The position numbers were made by a program, and so were the translations under genes. From an uncultured Veillonellaceae bacterium (GTDB taxonomy: Bacteria; Bacillota; Negativicutes; JARBTT01), in NCBI GenBank assembly GCA_963805085.1, contig CAWDTA010000002.1:1024001-1088000 (forward strand): 64,000 nt of DNA, given 5' to 3'. Of this stretch, positions 44,101 to 50,900 are shown piece by piece (the first letter of the stretch is position 1; each line of letters begins with the position of its first letter). The notes under the pieces are model-generated. The model did not search any database and had not been told where the DNA came from. It was given only the letters and a program-made list of their open reading frames with translations.

Positions 44101-47100
44101 GAATTCATTTTGGGAGAAGAAGTGACAGCAGAGTTAAACAAACTTGCTGGACAAACTGGTACGACTTTGTATATGGTATTGCTCGCAGCATACAATGTGG
44201 TACTGTCTAAGTATAGTGGGCAAGAAGACATCATTGTAGGCACCCCGATTGCAGGTAGATCTCATGCAGATTTAGAGAATATAATCGGGCTGTTCGTCAA
44301 CACGTTGGCGATGCGGAATTATCCAGAAGGCGATAAGAAGTTCTTGGATTTTTTACAAGAGGTCAAAGAAAATGCACTTACTGGCTATGAACATCAGGAC
44401 TACCAATTCGAAGAACTAGTCAATAAGCTGGACATACCAAGAAGTTTAAACAGAAATCCTTTATTTGATACTATGTTTACGCTGCAAAATCTGGATATAA
44501 AAGCACTTAGAATGGGAAATCTGCAGTTTTCAACTTATGAAATTAAAAGCAGAACGGCTAAAATTGATCTGACCTGTCAAGCTATTGAAAGAAATGGCTG
44601 CTTGGATTTTACCTTAGAGTATGATACCAAGCTATTTAAGAAAGAAACAGTTGAAAGACTTAGAAGACACGTTGAAAACGTATTGAACATCATCGTAGAG
44701 CAGCCACAAATTAAGCTGGCGGACATTGAATTTGTATCAGAGGAAGAAAAACGCCAAATTCTTGTTGACTTTAACAATACGAAAAGATCTTATCCAAAGG
44801 ATAAAACTATCCAGAAACTTTTTGAGGAACAGGTGGAAAAGAATCCAGATCATATTGCTGTAATTCTTGAAGAAAGGCAGCTGACTTATCAAGAATTGAA
44901 CAATAAAGCCAACCAATTAGCAAGAAATTTAAGGGAAAAAGGGGTAAAAAAGGACAGTATAGTCGGTATCATGGTGGAACGCTCGCCAGAAATGATTATT
45001 GGGATTGTAGGGATCTTGAAGGCTGGGGGAGCATATTTACCGATTGACCCGAAATATCCAAAGGAAAGAATAAGATATATTCTGAAAGATAGTGCAGCAA
45101 AAATATTGTTGACGCAGGGAAACCTAGCTGATGAGCTGGCGTTCAAGGGTCAAATTATTGACTTAAATGTTCAAGAATTATATCAAGGGGACGATACAAA
45201 TTTATTACCAAGAAATAGTGCGGATGACTTAGCGTATATAATCTATACGTCGGGATCGACAGGGAAACCTAAAGGAGTTATGGTAGAACATCGAGGAATA
45301 GCTAACCTTCAAATATTCTTCAGAGAAAGTTTTGGCATAAATCAGACCGATAGAATTATACAGTTCGCCAGTAGTTCATTTGATGCGTCAGTTTGGGAAA
45401 CTTTTATGGCACTACTTGCCGGTGCAACATTGTACCTAGCGCCGATGAAAGCAATTAATAACTATTTGAAATTCGAAGAATTTATTAATAACAATGAAAT
45501 TACAATAGCAACACTTCCACCAACTTATTTAGCAAATTTGAATCCAGATAAGGTCACTTCATTAAAACGGCTAATAACAGCGGGATCGGCAACAAACTTT
45601 GAGTTATTAAATAAGTGGGGAGAGAAACTGCAGTACGTAAACGCATATGGGCCAACAGAGACGACTATATGTACAACAGTTTGGCAAAACACGGAAGAAG
45701 AAATTACCTCTTCTTCTATTCCAATAGGGAAACCTATCAATAATACCAGGGTATTTATATTAGATGGAAATAGCAAGCTGTTACCTATAGGTATAGCAGG
45801 GGAACTTTGCGTATCGGGTGACATTTTGGCAAGGGGTTATTTAAATAAAGCTAAATTAACAGCAGAAAAATTTGTAGAAAATCCCTATGAGCCAGGAGAG
45901 AGAATGTATCGGACGGGTGACCTAGCTAGATGGCTGCCGGATGGCAATATAGAATTCTTAGGACGGATAGATCATCAAGTTAAGATAAGAGGATTCCGTA
46001 TTGAATTGGGTGAGATTGAAGGGGAATTGATAAAGCATCCGTTTATAAAGGATGCATTAGTACTTGATAAAGAAGATGTAAGCGGCGGAAAGTATTTATG
46101 TGCTTATATCGAGAATGAGCAAGAGCTCGCGATTGCCGATATCAGAGAGTACTTAGCAAAGAAATTGCCTGATTATATGATTCCGTCAACTTTTGTACAG
46201 CTTGGTAAGATGCCGTTGACGCCAAATGGGAAGATTGATAGAAAAGCATTACCAGAGCCAGAGAAACGGCACGGAACTGGAGCAGAGTATGTAGCACCAA
46301 GGAATAAAGGGGAAGAAACTCTAGTACAAATTTGGCAGGATGTTTTAGGAATTGAAAAAGTAGGAATCGAAGATAACTTTTTTGAACTTGGCGGACATTC
46401 GCTAAAAACAATAACCCTTGTAGCCAGAATTCACAAGGAATTTGGTGTAGAGGTATCATTACAAGACGTGTTTAAATTCCAAACAATTAAGGAATTGAGC
46501 AAACTCATTGGAGAGTCAGCTCAACAAACCTATACTGGCATTGAGAAGGTAGACGAGCGGGAATACTACCCGGTGTCTTCAGCGCAAAAGAGAATGTTTA
46601 TCTTGAATTTATTAGAAAATAACGGTACGGCTTATAACATGCCAGCGGCCCTTGAAGTGAAAGGTCTTTTAGATAAAGAGCGGTTTGAAGACGTATGGAA
46701 AAAATTAATTAAGAGACACGAGCCTTTACGCACTTCTTTTGAGCTAATCGATGGAGAAACTGTACAAAGAGTACACCAAGAGGTTGATTTTACGATTGAC
46801 TGTATACAAGGTGATGAAAAAGATGTACATGATATCATTCAAACTTTTGTGCATCCATTTGATTTAAGTAAAGCTCCATTACTTAGAGTGGGGTTAGTAG
46901 AGGTGGATGAAAGCAAGCATGTTGTATTATTTGATATACACCATATTGTATCTGATGGGGTGTCTATAGGGATTTTAATCAAAGAATTGGCAAGCTTATA
47001 TGACGGACAAGAATTGCCAGAAATTAAAATTCAATATAAGGACTTTGCGACTTGGCAGGGCAATATAGCTCAAACTGAGGACTTTAAAAAACATGAAGAA

Positions 47101-47886
47101 TATTGGATGAAGACCTTTGCTGGAGAGCTTCCAACATTGAGTATGCCAAGCGATTATTCACGACCACCTATTAGAAGTTTCGAGGGAGATCGGTTGAATT
47201 TTAAATTAGGAAAAGAAATGACGGGAGCGTTAAACAACCTTGCTAGCCAAACAGGCACAACTTTATATATGGTGCTGCTGGCAGCATATAATGTCTTACT
47301 GGCAAAACATACAGGACAGGAAGATATTATCGTAGGAACACCAATTGCTGGCAGACCACATGCAGATTTAGAAAATTTGGTGGGGATGTTTGTAAATACT
47401 TTGGCCATGAGAAATTATCCAGTAGGAGAGAAAAGCTTTCTAGAGTTTTTACAAGAGGTCAAAGAACATGCCATCAGTGCATATGAGCATCAAGACTATC
47501 AATTTGAAAATCTGGTGGAAAAGCTGGATATGTCTAGGACGTCAAACAGGAACCCATTATTTGATACCATGTTTGCTTTGCAAAACATTGAAATGGCTAC
47601 GTTAGAGACGGGGACGCTAAAATTTATTCCTTACGAATTGGCTAATAAAACAGCAAAATTTGATCTGACCTTATACGCTGCGGAAGGAAATGACGGGTTG
47701 GAGTTAATGATGGAATATTATACTAAATTATTTAGCGGAGATACGGTAAAAAGAATTTTAAAAGATTATTGTAAAATACTCCAAGAAGTTACGAGAAATA
47801 AAGACATATTAATAAAGAACGTTTCTTTAGAAAAACAGTATGTCAAGCGTAAAGGAATTAAACAGAATTTGAACTTTAATTTTTAA
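29167..47886 (+). CDS. Hybrid PKS/NRPS: ACP-KS-AT-KR-ACP-[C-A(Ile/Val)-T]-[C-A(Glu?)-T]-[C-A(Ile)-T]-[C-A(Phe)-T]-C
   Basis: GLDS ACPs; KS DTACSSS, HGTGT, IGHLE; AT GHSMG/YAFH; KR GGLGDLG/YAAAN; five HHxxSDG C domains; four A domains with codes DGIFLGGVFK, DAKDLGVDVK, DGFFLGAVFK, DAWTIAAICK; GGHSL carriers. Start is 29167 or 29206, not 29017. Confidence 0.95.
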   Translation: MDKERRWRTGETNMKTASTGLTRTSQEIQSWLVSQMAERLKIAEDKIDIREPLSIYGLDSAEAVIITGEMGEWLGQDVSPTLVWDYPTIDSITRFLTSVPNDSAAKAIDKQDAIAEPIAIIGIGCRFPGANGPKAFWNLLKDGVDAISERPADYRRNQGYSEQICSTDAKMSWGGYLDSVDEFDAEFFGISPREAASMDPQQRLLLEVAWEALEDAGQVPERLSGESVGVFVGISSCDYGTMLRNFSEMDIYAATGNAWSIAANRISYLLNLQGPSLSVDTACSSSLVSVHLACKSLQNGESTIALAGGVNLLLSPEVTGAFAKAGMLAPDGHCKTFAAEANGYVRGEGAGIVVLKSLSKALQDGDPIYALIPGSAVNQDGRSNGLTAPNGPAQEEVLLEAYKRAGISPSKIQYIEAHGTGTSLGDPIEAKALGKVLATERSPENPCLIGSVKTNIGHLEAAAGIAGIIKVALAMKHRQIPAGLHFDKPNPYIPFEELPLRVQTELGPWPDMSSSLLAGVSSFGFGGTNAHVVLESFQAASLKKHSMTDYLPKVEQLLTISASSQEALCDLTRAYLEYLGGEGKSFSWNDICYTTGARRGHHDHRLALVASSREEAVDNLDKYLKGELPSNLQFGPKPSGASSKLVFVFSGQGPQWWAMGRELFQKEPVFRETIEECDVLFSQHADWSLVTELTAIESKSRLDQTQFVQPALFAVQVALARLWMLWGIQPEGVVGHSMGEVAAAYIAGALSLSDAVRVIFHRSRLMQRTTGQGKTVAVELDGQEAKSLIARYENKVSIACYNGPTSLVLSGEPDSVEEIIATLEQKNVFCKALPVSYAFHSYQMEPLMSELAESLQGMQSKSATIPIYSTVTGALIDGQDLNADYWVKNLRESVLFSTAVERLVEDEYNVFLEISPHPVLSSAIRKNVSKQDKENIVLPTLRKHKPEQVTMLNSLGSLYTLGYSVNWNEIYQEGARCVCLPTYPWQREQYWFEIKKHAPMNTAAPQIISDDVDRWLYKLEWQAKESNKENLLVSDGNGQGSWLIFAQRDGIAKLVANRLNEQGERTILIYPGEFFECLAEDVFSISPSRKDLDKLLHTVLHSERDFCRGIIHAWSIGSVDKDNITTADLERTQTLGCLHILQLIQAIHDLKINVNGKWPRLWLITRGSQAVLEEGESVDFTQAPLWGLGRTIAIEQKELWGGLVDLDPEIPGEQAAGIILEAISARKGEDQIAYRKGTRYVARLKRHSLSCERNIPFYWQINGTYLITGGLGDLGMQVAHWMVEQGARRLILMGRTELPPRTAWDNILENEDCLTNQIKNIKELEAKGASVHLAAVDVTNEEQLKNFLTSFRKEGWPPIRGVVHAAGTVADQLLTECDAQAFNKVLRPKVQGAWQLHHLLKDVPLDFFIMFSSISTVVGSPRLGSYAAANSFLDALAHYRRNLNLPALSINWGPWAQIGMAARFNILSATTSMGINPLSPTRGLQVLDSLMNKDMTQMVVMDVDWERWRMVYQQLGETALVADLLLAENETAGTIDTINQESSIRKEVMTANGNDRYNLLESYLCEQASQVLGMSRAKLDIHSSLNSLGLDSIMAVELKNKIEKTLGVMVPMVYFLQGSSIAEMVVKIQGLLTADSEISVIPIAPKQEYYPVSSAQKRMFILNQFETNDVVYNNFVAFKVEGALNKQQFENALNKLIQRHETLRTSFEIIDGEPVQRIHQEIKFAIDFMQEEKEDISDIIQNFVRPFDLSKTPLFRVGLVELAEKEHVVLFDMHHIISDGVTAEIFIKELASLYEGQELPELRIQYKDFAVWQSSDFQREALKQQEAYWLKAFAGELPVMNMLSDYPRPLVRSFQGEVLRFALDEEVTGELNKLAMETGTTLYMVLLAAYNVVLSKYTGQEDIIVGSPIAGRQYADLHNIIGVFVNTLSMRNYPEKNKSFLEFLQEVKENALKAYENQDYQFEELVDKLDIPRNLSRNPLFDTMFALQNLDMTEVAVGNLRFSRYEFYNKIAKFDLTLEAIERNNLLDFTLEYDTRLFKKETVERLRRHVVNVLNSIVEEPQIKLADIALVSAEEKRQILVDFNNTKTAYPKDKTIQELFEEQVEKNPDHIAVIFENQQLTYKELNNKANQLARTLKKKGVKANCIVAIMVERSPEMIIGILGILKAGGAYMPIDPEYPEERISYMLEDSKAEFMVAQKSLEKKVVFNGDIIHVDDPQIYHGETENLVKENTSKDLAYVIYTSGSTGKPKGNLTMHYNVARVVKNTNYIDITGKDVLLQLSNYAFDGSVIDIYGSLLNGAKLILIDKACVLDMNRLSKVIEKEKVTVFFITTALFNTLVDVNIECFKNVRKVLFGGEMGSVSHVRKAYEYMGSGRIINGYGPTESTVFATCYEVKHIDDGELSVPIGRPIANTSIYILDQGGNLQPIGAPGELCIAGDGLAKGYLNRPELTVEKFVEDPFALGQRMYRTGDLARWLPDGNIEFLGRIDHQVKIRGFRIELGEIEAELLKHPDIKEALVLAKNDVSGGKYLCAYVVTEQELEIAEIREHLAKGLPDYMIPSTFVQLDKMPLTPNGKIDRKSLPEPEENMSSKAEYVAPRNEAEEKMTEIWQVVLGVEKVGIEDNFFELGGHSLKAITLVAKIHKVFGVEVPMQEVFKAQTVKELVKTIKSSVKNTYADIEPVVKQEYYPVSSAQKRMFILNQLETNDTAYNMPAAFKVKGSLDKEQFEKALQKFVQRHETLRTSFELINGEPVQRVHEEINFTLNYSKGAEANIKHIFQAFVRPFDLNKAPLLRIELVELDENKHVVLFDMHHIISDGVSVGILVKELASLYEGQELPELRIQYKDFSAWQNNLLTTERFKQQEAYWLQAFAGELPVLNMPIDYARPPVRSFEGAELNFALEKDLTEALNKLASKTGTTMYMVLLAAYNIALSKYTGQEDIIVGSPIAGRSHDDLENVVGMFVNTLAMRNYPEGNKGFLEFLQEVKINALEGYEHQDYQFEELVDKLDIPRDLSRNPLFSTLFSLQNVDIAELKIGELQFVAYELDNKTAKFDLTLRAIEKNNRLEFSLEYYSKLFKKSTIEGFGRHFVRILSSIVGQPESKLMDIEMLSEPEKNQVLVDFNHTQTIYPIDQTIPKLFEEQVEKAPNHIAVTFAEQHLTYEELNNKANQLARVLRNKGVRPNSIVGIMVERSLEMMIGIVGILKAGGAYLPIDSECGQERIAYMLENSQAKILLTQNDFIDKVPANIEKIDIADESIACEESSNVSIMNQPCDLAYVIYTSGTTGKPKGVMIEHHNVINLVYGLQDRVYSEYDSALNVALLAPYVFDASVKQIFPALLLGHNLCIVPENMRFERAGLLDFYRQNNIDISDGTPAHLNVFNSISKGEESLGVKEFLIGGEALSYVLVEEFLNHFSNSKIKITNVYGPTECCDVTTVHAVNCGEDHTGDIVPIGNPIANVKVYILGKNLELLPVNAIGEVYICGQGVGRGYLNKPELTAEKFIKNPFVLGETMYRTGDLGRWLSDGTIEFFGRIDHQVKIRGFRIELGEIEAQLLKHNSIKEAIVIAKEDTNGQQYLCAYIVAEQVVTIVELRKHLANGVPDYMIPSSFVQLEKMPLTINGKIDRKALPEPEGRGNLGREYIAPRNTAEEKLTGIWKEVLGVEKVGIEDNFFELGGHSLKAVNMVAKIHKEFGVEVSLTEVFKAQTVKELSKAVEGEVQDNYAAIKPVAKQQYYPVSSAQKRMFILSQFETADTTYNMPAAFEVEGALDKNQLEKVWKKLVQRHETLRTSFEVINGEPMQRIHEEVAFTVDLIQGTKEDIPNIIKNFVRPFDLSKAPLLRVGLVELTENLHVVLFDMHHIISDGVSMRILIKELTKLCEGKELPELKIQYKDFSAWQNNLLTTEKFKKQEAYWLQAFAGDLLVLNLPSDYPRPAIRSFEGDRLNFELGEELTKELNRLAMENGTTLYMVLLAAYNVVLSKYTGQEDVIVGSPVAGRSHADLENMVGMFVNTLAMRSYPERNKNFLDFLQEVKENALMAYENQDYQFEELVDKLDIPRNLSRNPLFDTMFALQNTDNAVLAIGDLRFSRYDLDNEIAKFDLTLEAAERNNRLEFTLEYDVKLFKQETAKRMGRHFVSVLSSIVSQPEIKLANIELVSEKEKDQILIDFNNTQTEYPKDKTIQELFEGQVEKNPDHIAVIFENQQLTYKEVNDKANQLARTLREKGVKANRIVGIMVERSPEMIIGIMGILKAGGGYMPIDPEYPEERISYMLEDSKVELMVTQKSLEKKAAFSGRTIHLDDPQVYHGGTENLVKQNTSQDLAYVIYTSGSTGKPKGILTMHYNIARVVKNTNYIDITGKDVLLQLSNYAFDGSVFDIYGSLLNGAKLVLVDKECILDMNRLAKVIKAEKVTIFFITTALFNTLVDVNIACLKNVRKVLFGGEQSSVRHVRKAYEYMGSGRIVNAYGPTETTVFATCYEVNHIEEGQMTIPIGKPIANTCIYVLDKGGKLQPIGAPGELCISGDGLAREYLNRPELTTEKFVEDPFALGERMYRTGDLAKWLPDGNIEFLGRIDHQVKIRGFRIELGEIEAELLKHSAIKEALVLAKNDVSGGKYLCAYVVATKQGLATTELREYLAKGLPDYMIPAIFIQIDKMPLTPNGKIDGRALPEPDVSINAGTEYVAPRNAAEEKLARVWQDVLGVEKVGIEDNFFELGGHSLKAITLVAKIHKEFGAEVSLQEVFKAQTIKGLIKLIDGAVENSYVAIESVNEQAYYPVSSAQKRMFVLNQFETKITTYNMPAAFMVEGPLDREHFEQVIQKLVERHETLRTSFALIDGQPIQRVHQKIEFTVDCMQGKEENADEFVNDFIRPFDLGKAPLFRVKLVDLAENRYMVLFDMHHIISDGVSMGILVKELASLYEGEELPKLRIQYKDFSTWQNNLLASEEIKKQETYWLQKLAGELPILNLPSDYPRPPIRSFEGERLEFILGEEVTAELNKLAGQTGTTLYMVLLAAYNVVLSKYSGQEDIIVGTPIAGRSHADLENIIGLFVNTLAMRNYPEGDKKFLDFLQEVKENALTGYEHQDYQFEELVNKLDIPRSLNRNPLFDTMFTLQNLDIKALRMGNLQFSTYEIKSRTAKIDLTCQAIERNGCLDFTLEYDTKLFKKETVERLRRHVENVLNIIVEQPQIKLADIEFVSEEEKRQILVDFNNTKRSYPKDKTIQKLFEEQVEKNPDHIAVILEERQLTYQELNNKANQLARNLREKGVKKDSIVGIMVERSPEMIIGIVGILKAGGAYLPIDPKYPKERIRYILKDSAAKILLTQGNLADELAFKGQIIDLNVQELYQGDDTNLLPRNSADDLAYIIYTSGSTGKPKGVMVEHRGIANLQIFFRESFGINQTDRIIQFASSSFDASVWETFMALLAGATLYLAPMKAINNYLKFEEFINNNEITIATLPPTYLANLNPDKVTSLKRLITAGSATNFELLNKWGEKLQYVNAYGPTETTICTTVWQNTEEEITSSSIPIGKPINNTRVFILDGNSKLLPIGIAGELCVSGDILARGYLNKAKLTAEKFVENPYEPGERMYRTGDLARWLPDGNIEFLGRIDHQVKIRGFRIELGEIEGELIKHPFIKDALVLDKEDVSGGKYLCAYIENEQELAIADIREYLAKKLPDYMIPSTFVQLGKMPLTPNGKIDRKALPEPEKRHGTGAEYVAPRNKGEETLVQIWQDVLGIEKVGIEDNFFELGGHSLKTITLVARIHKEFGVEVSLQDVFKFQTIKELSKLIGESAQQTYTGIEKVDEREYYPVSSAQKRMFILNLLENNGTAYNMPAALEVKGLLDKERFEDVWKKLIKRHEPLRTSFELIDGETVQRVHQEVDFTIDCIQGDEKDVHDIIQTFVHPFDLSKAPLLRVGLVEVDESKHVVLFDIHHIVSDGVSIGILIKELASLYDGQELPEIKIQYKDFATWQGNIAQTEDFKKHEEYWMKTFAGELPTLSMPSDYSRPPIRSFEGDRLNFKLGKEMTGALNNLASQTGTTLYMVLLAAYNVLLAKHTGQEDIIVGTPIAGRPHADLENLVGMFVNTLAMRNYPVGEKSFLEFLQEVKEHAISAYEHQDYQFENLVEKLDMSRTSNRNPLFDTMFALQNIEMATLETGTLKFIPYELANKTAKFDLTLYAAEGNDGLELMMEYYTKLFSGDTVKRILKDYCKILQEVTRNKDILIKNVSLEKQYVKRKGIKQNLNFNF

Positions 47887-47935
47887 GGACCAATAAATAG
47901 TAGATGGTGTAAAAAAACACACATCATTAAAATTA

Positions 47936-47981
47936 AGGGATGGTTACAAAATGCGCAGATGCGTCGTTTGCAACCATCCCT
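47936..47981. other. Long intergenic stem-loop just upstream of the NRPS2 RBS
   Basis: AGGGATGGTTaCAAA ... TTTGcAACCATCCCT with no U-tract; GGAGGT RBS at 47985. Confidence 0.7.
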
Positions 47982-47996
47982 ATTGGAGGTCGTTAT

Positions 47997-50900
47997 ATGT
48001 TAATAGATAAGCATTCTCAAAATATTATTGTATCCAGCGGTGAGTATGAAGAAGAAAGAAAATATTGGCTGGAAAAGTTAGATGGAGGCATCAATCTCAA
48101 TGGCTTTCCCGTTAATAATGAGCAATCAAGCGGCTATACAAAAGCCAGTTTTAAATGCACTATACCTAATGAAACTTTTAAGAGGATTGTGCATTTAAGC
48201 AATCATTCCGAATATGCAGTCTATATGATTATGCTATCTGGTATAAGGTACTTGCTGTATCGTTATACAGATAATAAGGATCTTTTAGTAGGTATGCCGG
48301 TGTTTAAGCAAGATATAGATGAGGTATATTTAAGTAACGTTTTATTAAATAATATTTTGCCAATCAGAAGCAGCTTGGATGTGATGAAGTCTTTTAGTAA
48401 TTTTTTAGGTGAAATAAAAAATTTAGTTATTGAAGCTGATCATTATCAAAATTATCCTCTTCATAAAATTTATGAGCAACTGAACCTGTGTACGGAAGAT
48501 GAAGAAGATTTAGCCTATAAAACCATTGTTTTAATGGAAAATATTCATGAAAAGGACATAATTGAAGCTTTTAAGTTTGATACAGTATTTTCCTTCTTAC
48601 TAACAGAAAAAGCGATTGAGGTTACTGTGGATTATAATGCTAAACTTTATACAGAGAAAATGATGAAACAGGTAATTCAATACCTGTTTCATTATTTCAG
48701 GGAAGTAACTCAAAATCCGCATAGTATACTTTCTGAAATAGAAATTTTATCTGAGACTGAAAAAAGCAATATACTGATTAATTTCAATAACACGGAGGCA
48801 GTTTACCCAAAAGAGAAGACAATTCGACAAGTTTTTGAAGAACAGGTTGGGAAAAATCCAGATCATATTGCTGTGGTTTTTGAGGATCAGCAGCTTACCT
48901 ATGGAGAATTAAATAGTAAGGCTAATTCATTGGCGAGAGTGTTAAGAAATGAAGGTGTTCAAGCCGATAGTATCGTTGGCATCATGGTGGAACGTTCTCT
49001 GGAAATGATTATTGGGATTATGGGAATATTGAAGGCCGGAGGAGCTTACTTGCCGATCTCTCCAGATTATCCAGAGGATAGAATCAACTACATGCTGGAA
49101 GACAGTGAAACAAGAATTTTATTAACCCAGAGCCGCTTCGTGAATAAGCTGTCCTTTAATGGACAACTAGTTAACGTAGATGATAAAAGTTTATATTTAG
49201 GTGATGGTTCCAACCTGCTTCTGGAAAATAATTCTCATGATTTAGCCTATGTAATTTATACCTCCGGTTCAACGGGAAAACCGAAAGGGGTTATGATTGA
49301 AAATTATTCGGTGATTAACCGCATTCATTGGATGCAAGATAAATATAGGCTGGAAGCAAGAGATGTTATACTGCAAAAAACCCCTTTTACTTTTGATGTA
49401 TCGGTGTGGGAAATTGTCTGGTGGTTTTTCGTAGGGGCCAGTGTTTGCATGTTAAGGCCGGGAGGCGAAAAAGAGCCGGAAGAAATTGTTCGATCCATTG
49501 AGAAAAATAAAATAACAACCATGCACTTTGTACCTTCTATGTTAACGGTATTCTTACATTATATTGAAAATTGCAGTCATTCCATTAAAATGGATAGTTT
49601 AAAACATGTATTCGCCAGTGGGGAAGCTTTAAATCCCGAGCACGCCAATAGGTTTAATAAATTATTGTCGGGACAAGCGACTAAATTGATCAATTTATAT
49701 GGGCCAACGGAAGCTACCGTGGATGTATCTTATTTTGATTGTTCCACAGACCAGATACTGAAAAGCGTTCCTATTGGTAAACCCATTGATAATATTCAAT
49801 TATATATCGTCAATCAGAATAATAAACTTCAACCTGTAGGGGTAGCGGGTGAACTTTGTATTGCTGGGGACGGTTTAGCTAGAGGATATCTAAACAAACC
49901 AGAACTAACCGCAGAAAAATTCGTGGAAAATCCCTTTGTGCCGGGAGGTAAAATGTACCGTACAGGAGATCTTGCACAATGGCGGATTGATGGCAACATT
50001 GAATTTTTAGGTCGGCTTGACCATCAAGTAAAAATTAGAGGTTTTCGGATTGAACTGGGGGAAATCGAAACGGAATTACTAAAATATCCGTCAGTCAAAG
50101 AAACAGTCGTCGTTGCCAAAGAAGATCAGGCTGGTGATAAATATCTCTGTGCTTACATTGTGACCGAGGAGGAGCTGACCATAACGGAACTAAGAGATCA
50201 TCTCTTCCGAAATTTGCCCGATTACATGATACCTTCCTATTTTGTGCAGCTTGAAAAGATGCCTCTTAGTCCAAATGGTAAAGTAGACAGAAAAGCTCTT
50301 CCGGAGCCAAATGGCAACATCCGTACAGGTGTTGAGTATGCTGCTCCTAGAAATGATATAGAAGAAAGCGTGGTCAAGGTATGGCAAGAGGTTTTGAAAG
50401 TAGAGAAAGTGAGTATAAAAGATAACTTCTTTAGTTTGGGCGGAGACTCCATTAAAGCTATACAAATATTATCGCAGCTGCGCCAGTACGGACTAAATCT
50501 AGAAATGCGGGATTTATTTCAGTATCCCACAATTGAGGCTTTGAGCAGCTATATAACAGTAATAAAACGGAAAATTGATCAAGGAATAGTTAAGGGAGAA
50601 GCAGGTCTTGCCCCTATGCAAAGCTGGCTATTCGAGCAAAGCTTTATGGATAAGCAGCACTTTAATCAAGCTGTTATGTTGTATGGTAAGAATGGATTTG
50701 AAGAATGGATTATCCGTAAAGTTTTTTCAAAATTGGTTGAGCGTCATGATGCTTTACGTATGGTTGTTAAGAATATGTCAGGTAAAGAGGGACTTTTCAA
50801 TCGCGGAATTGAGGATGAGCTGTATTCATTAGAGACGATAGATTTATCCAACAATTCTAAATATCGGGAACTAATTAAGGAAAAGGCAGAAGAAATTCAA

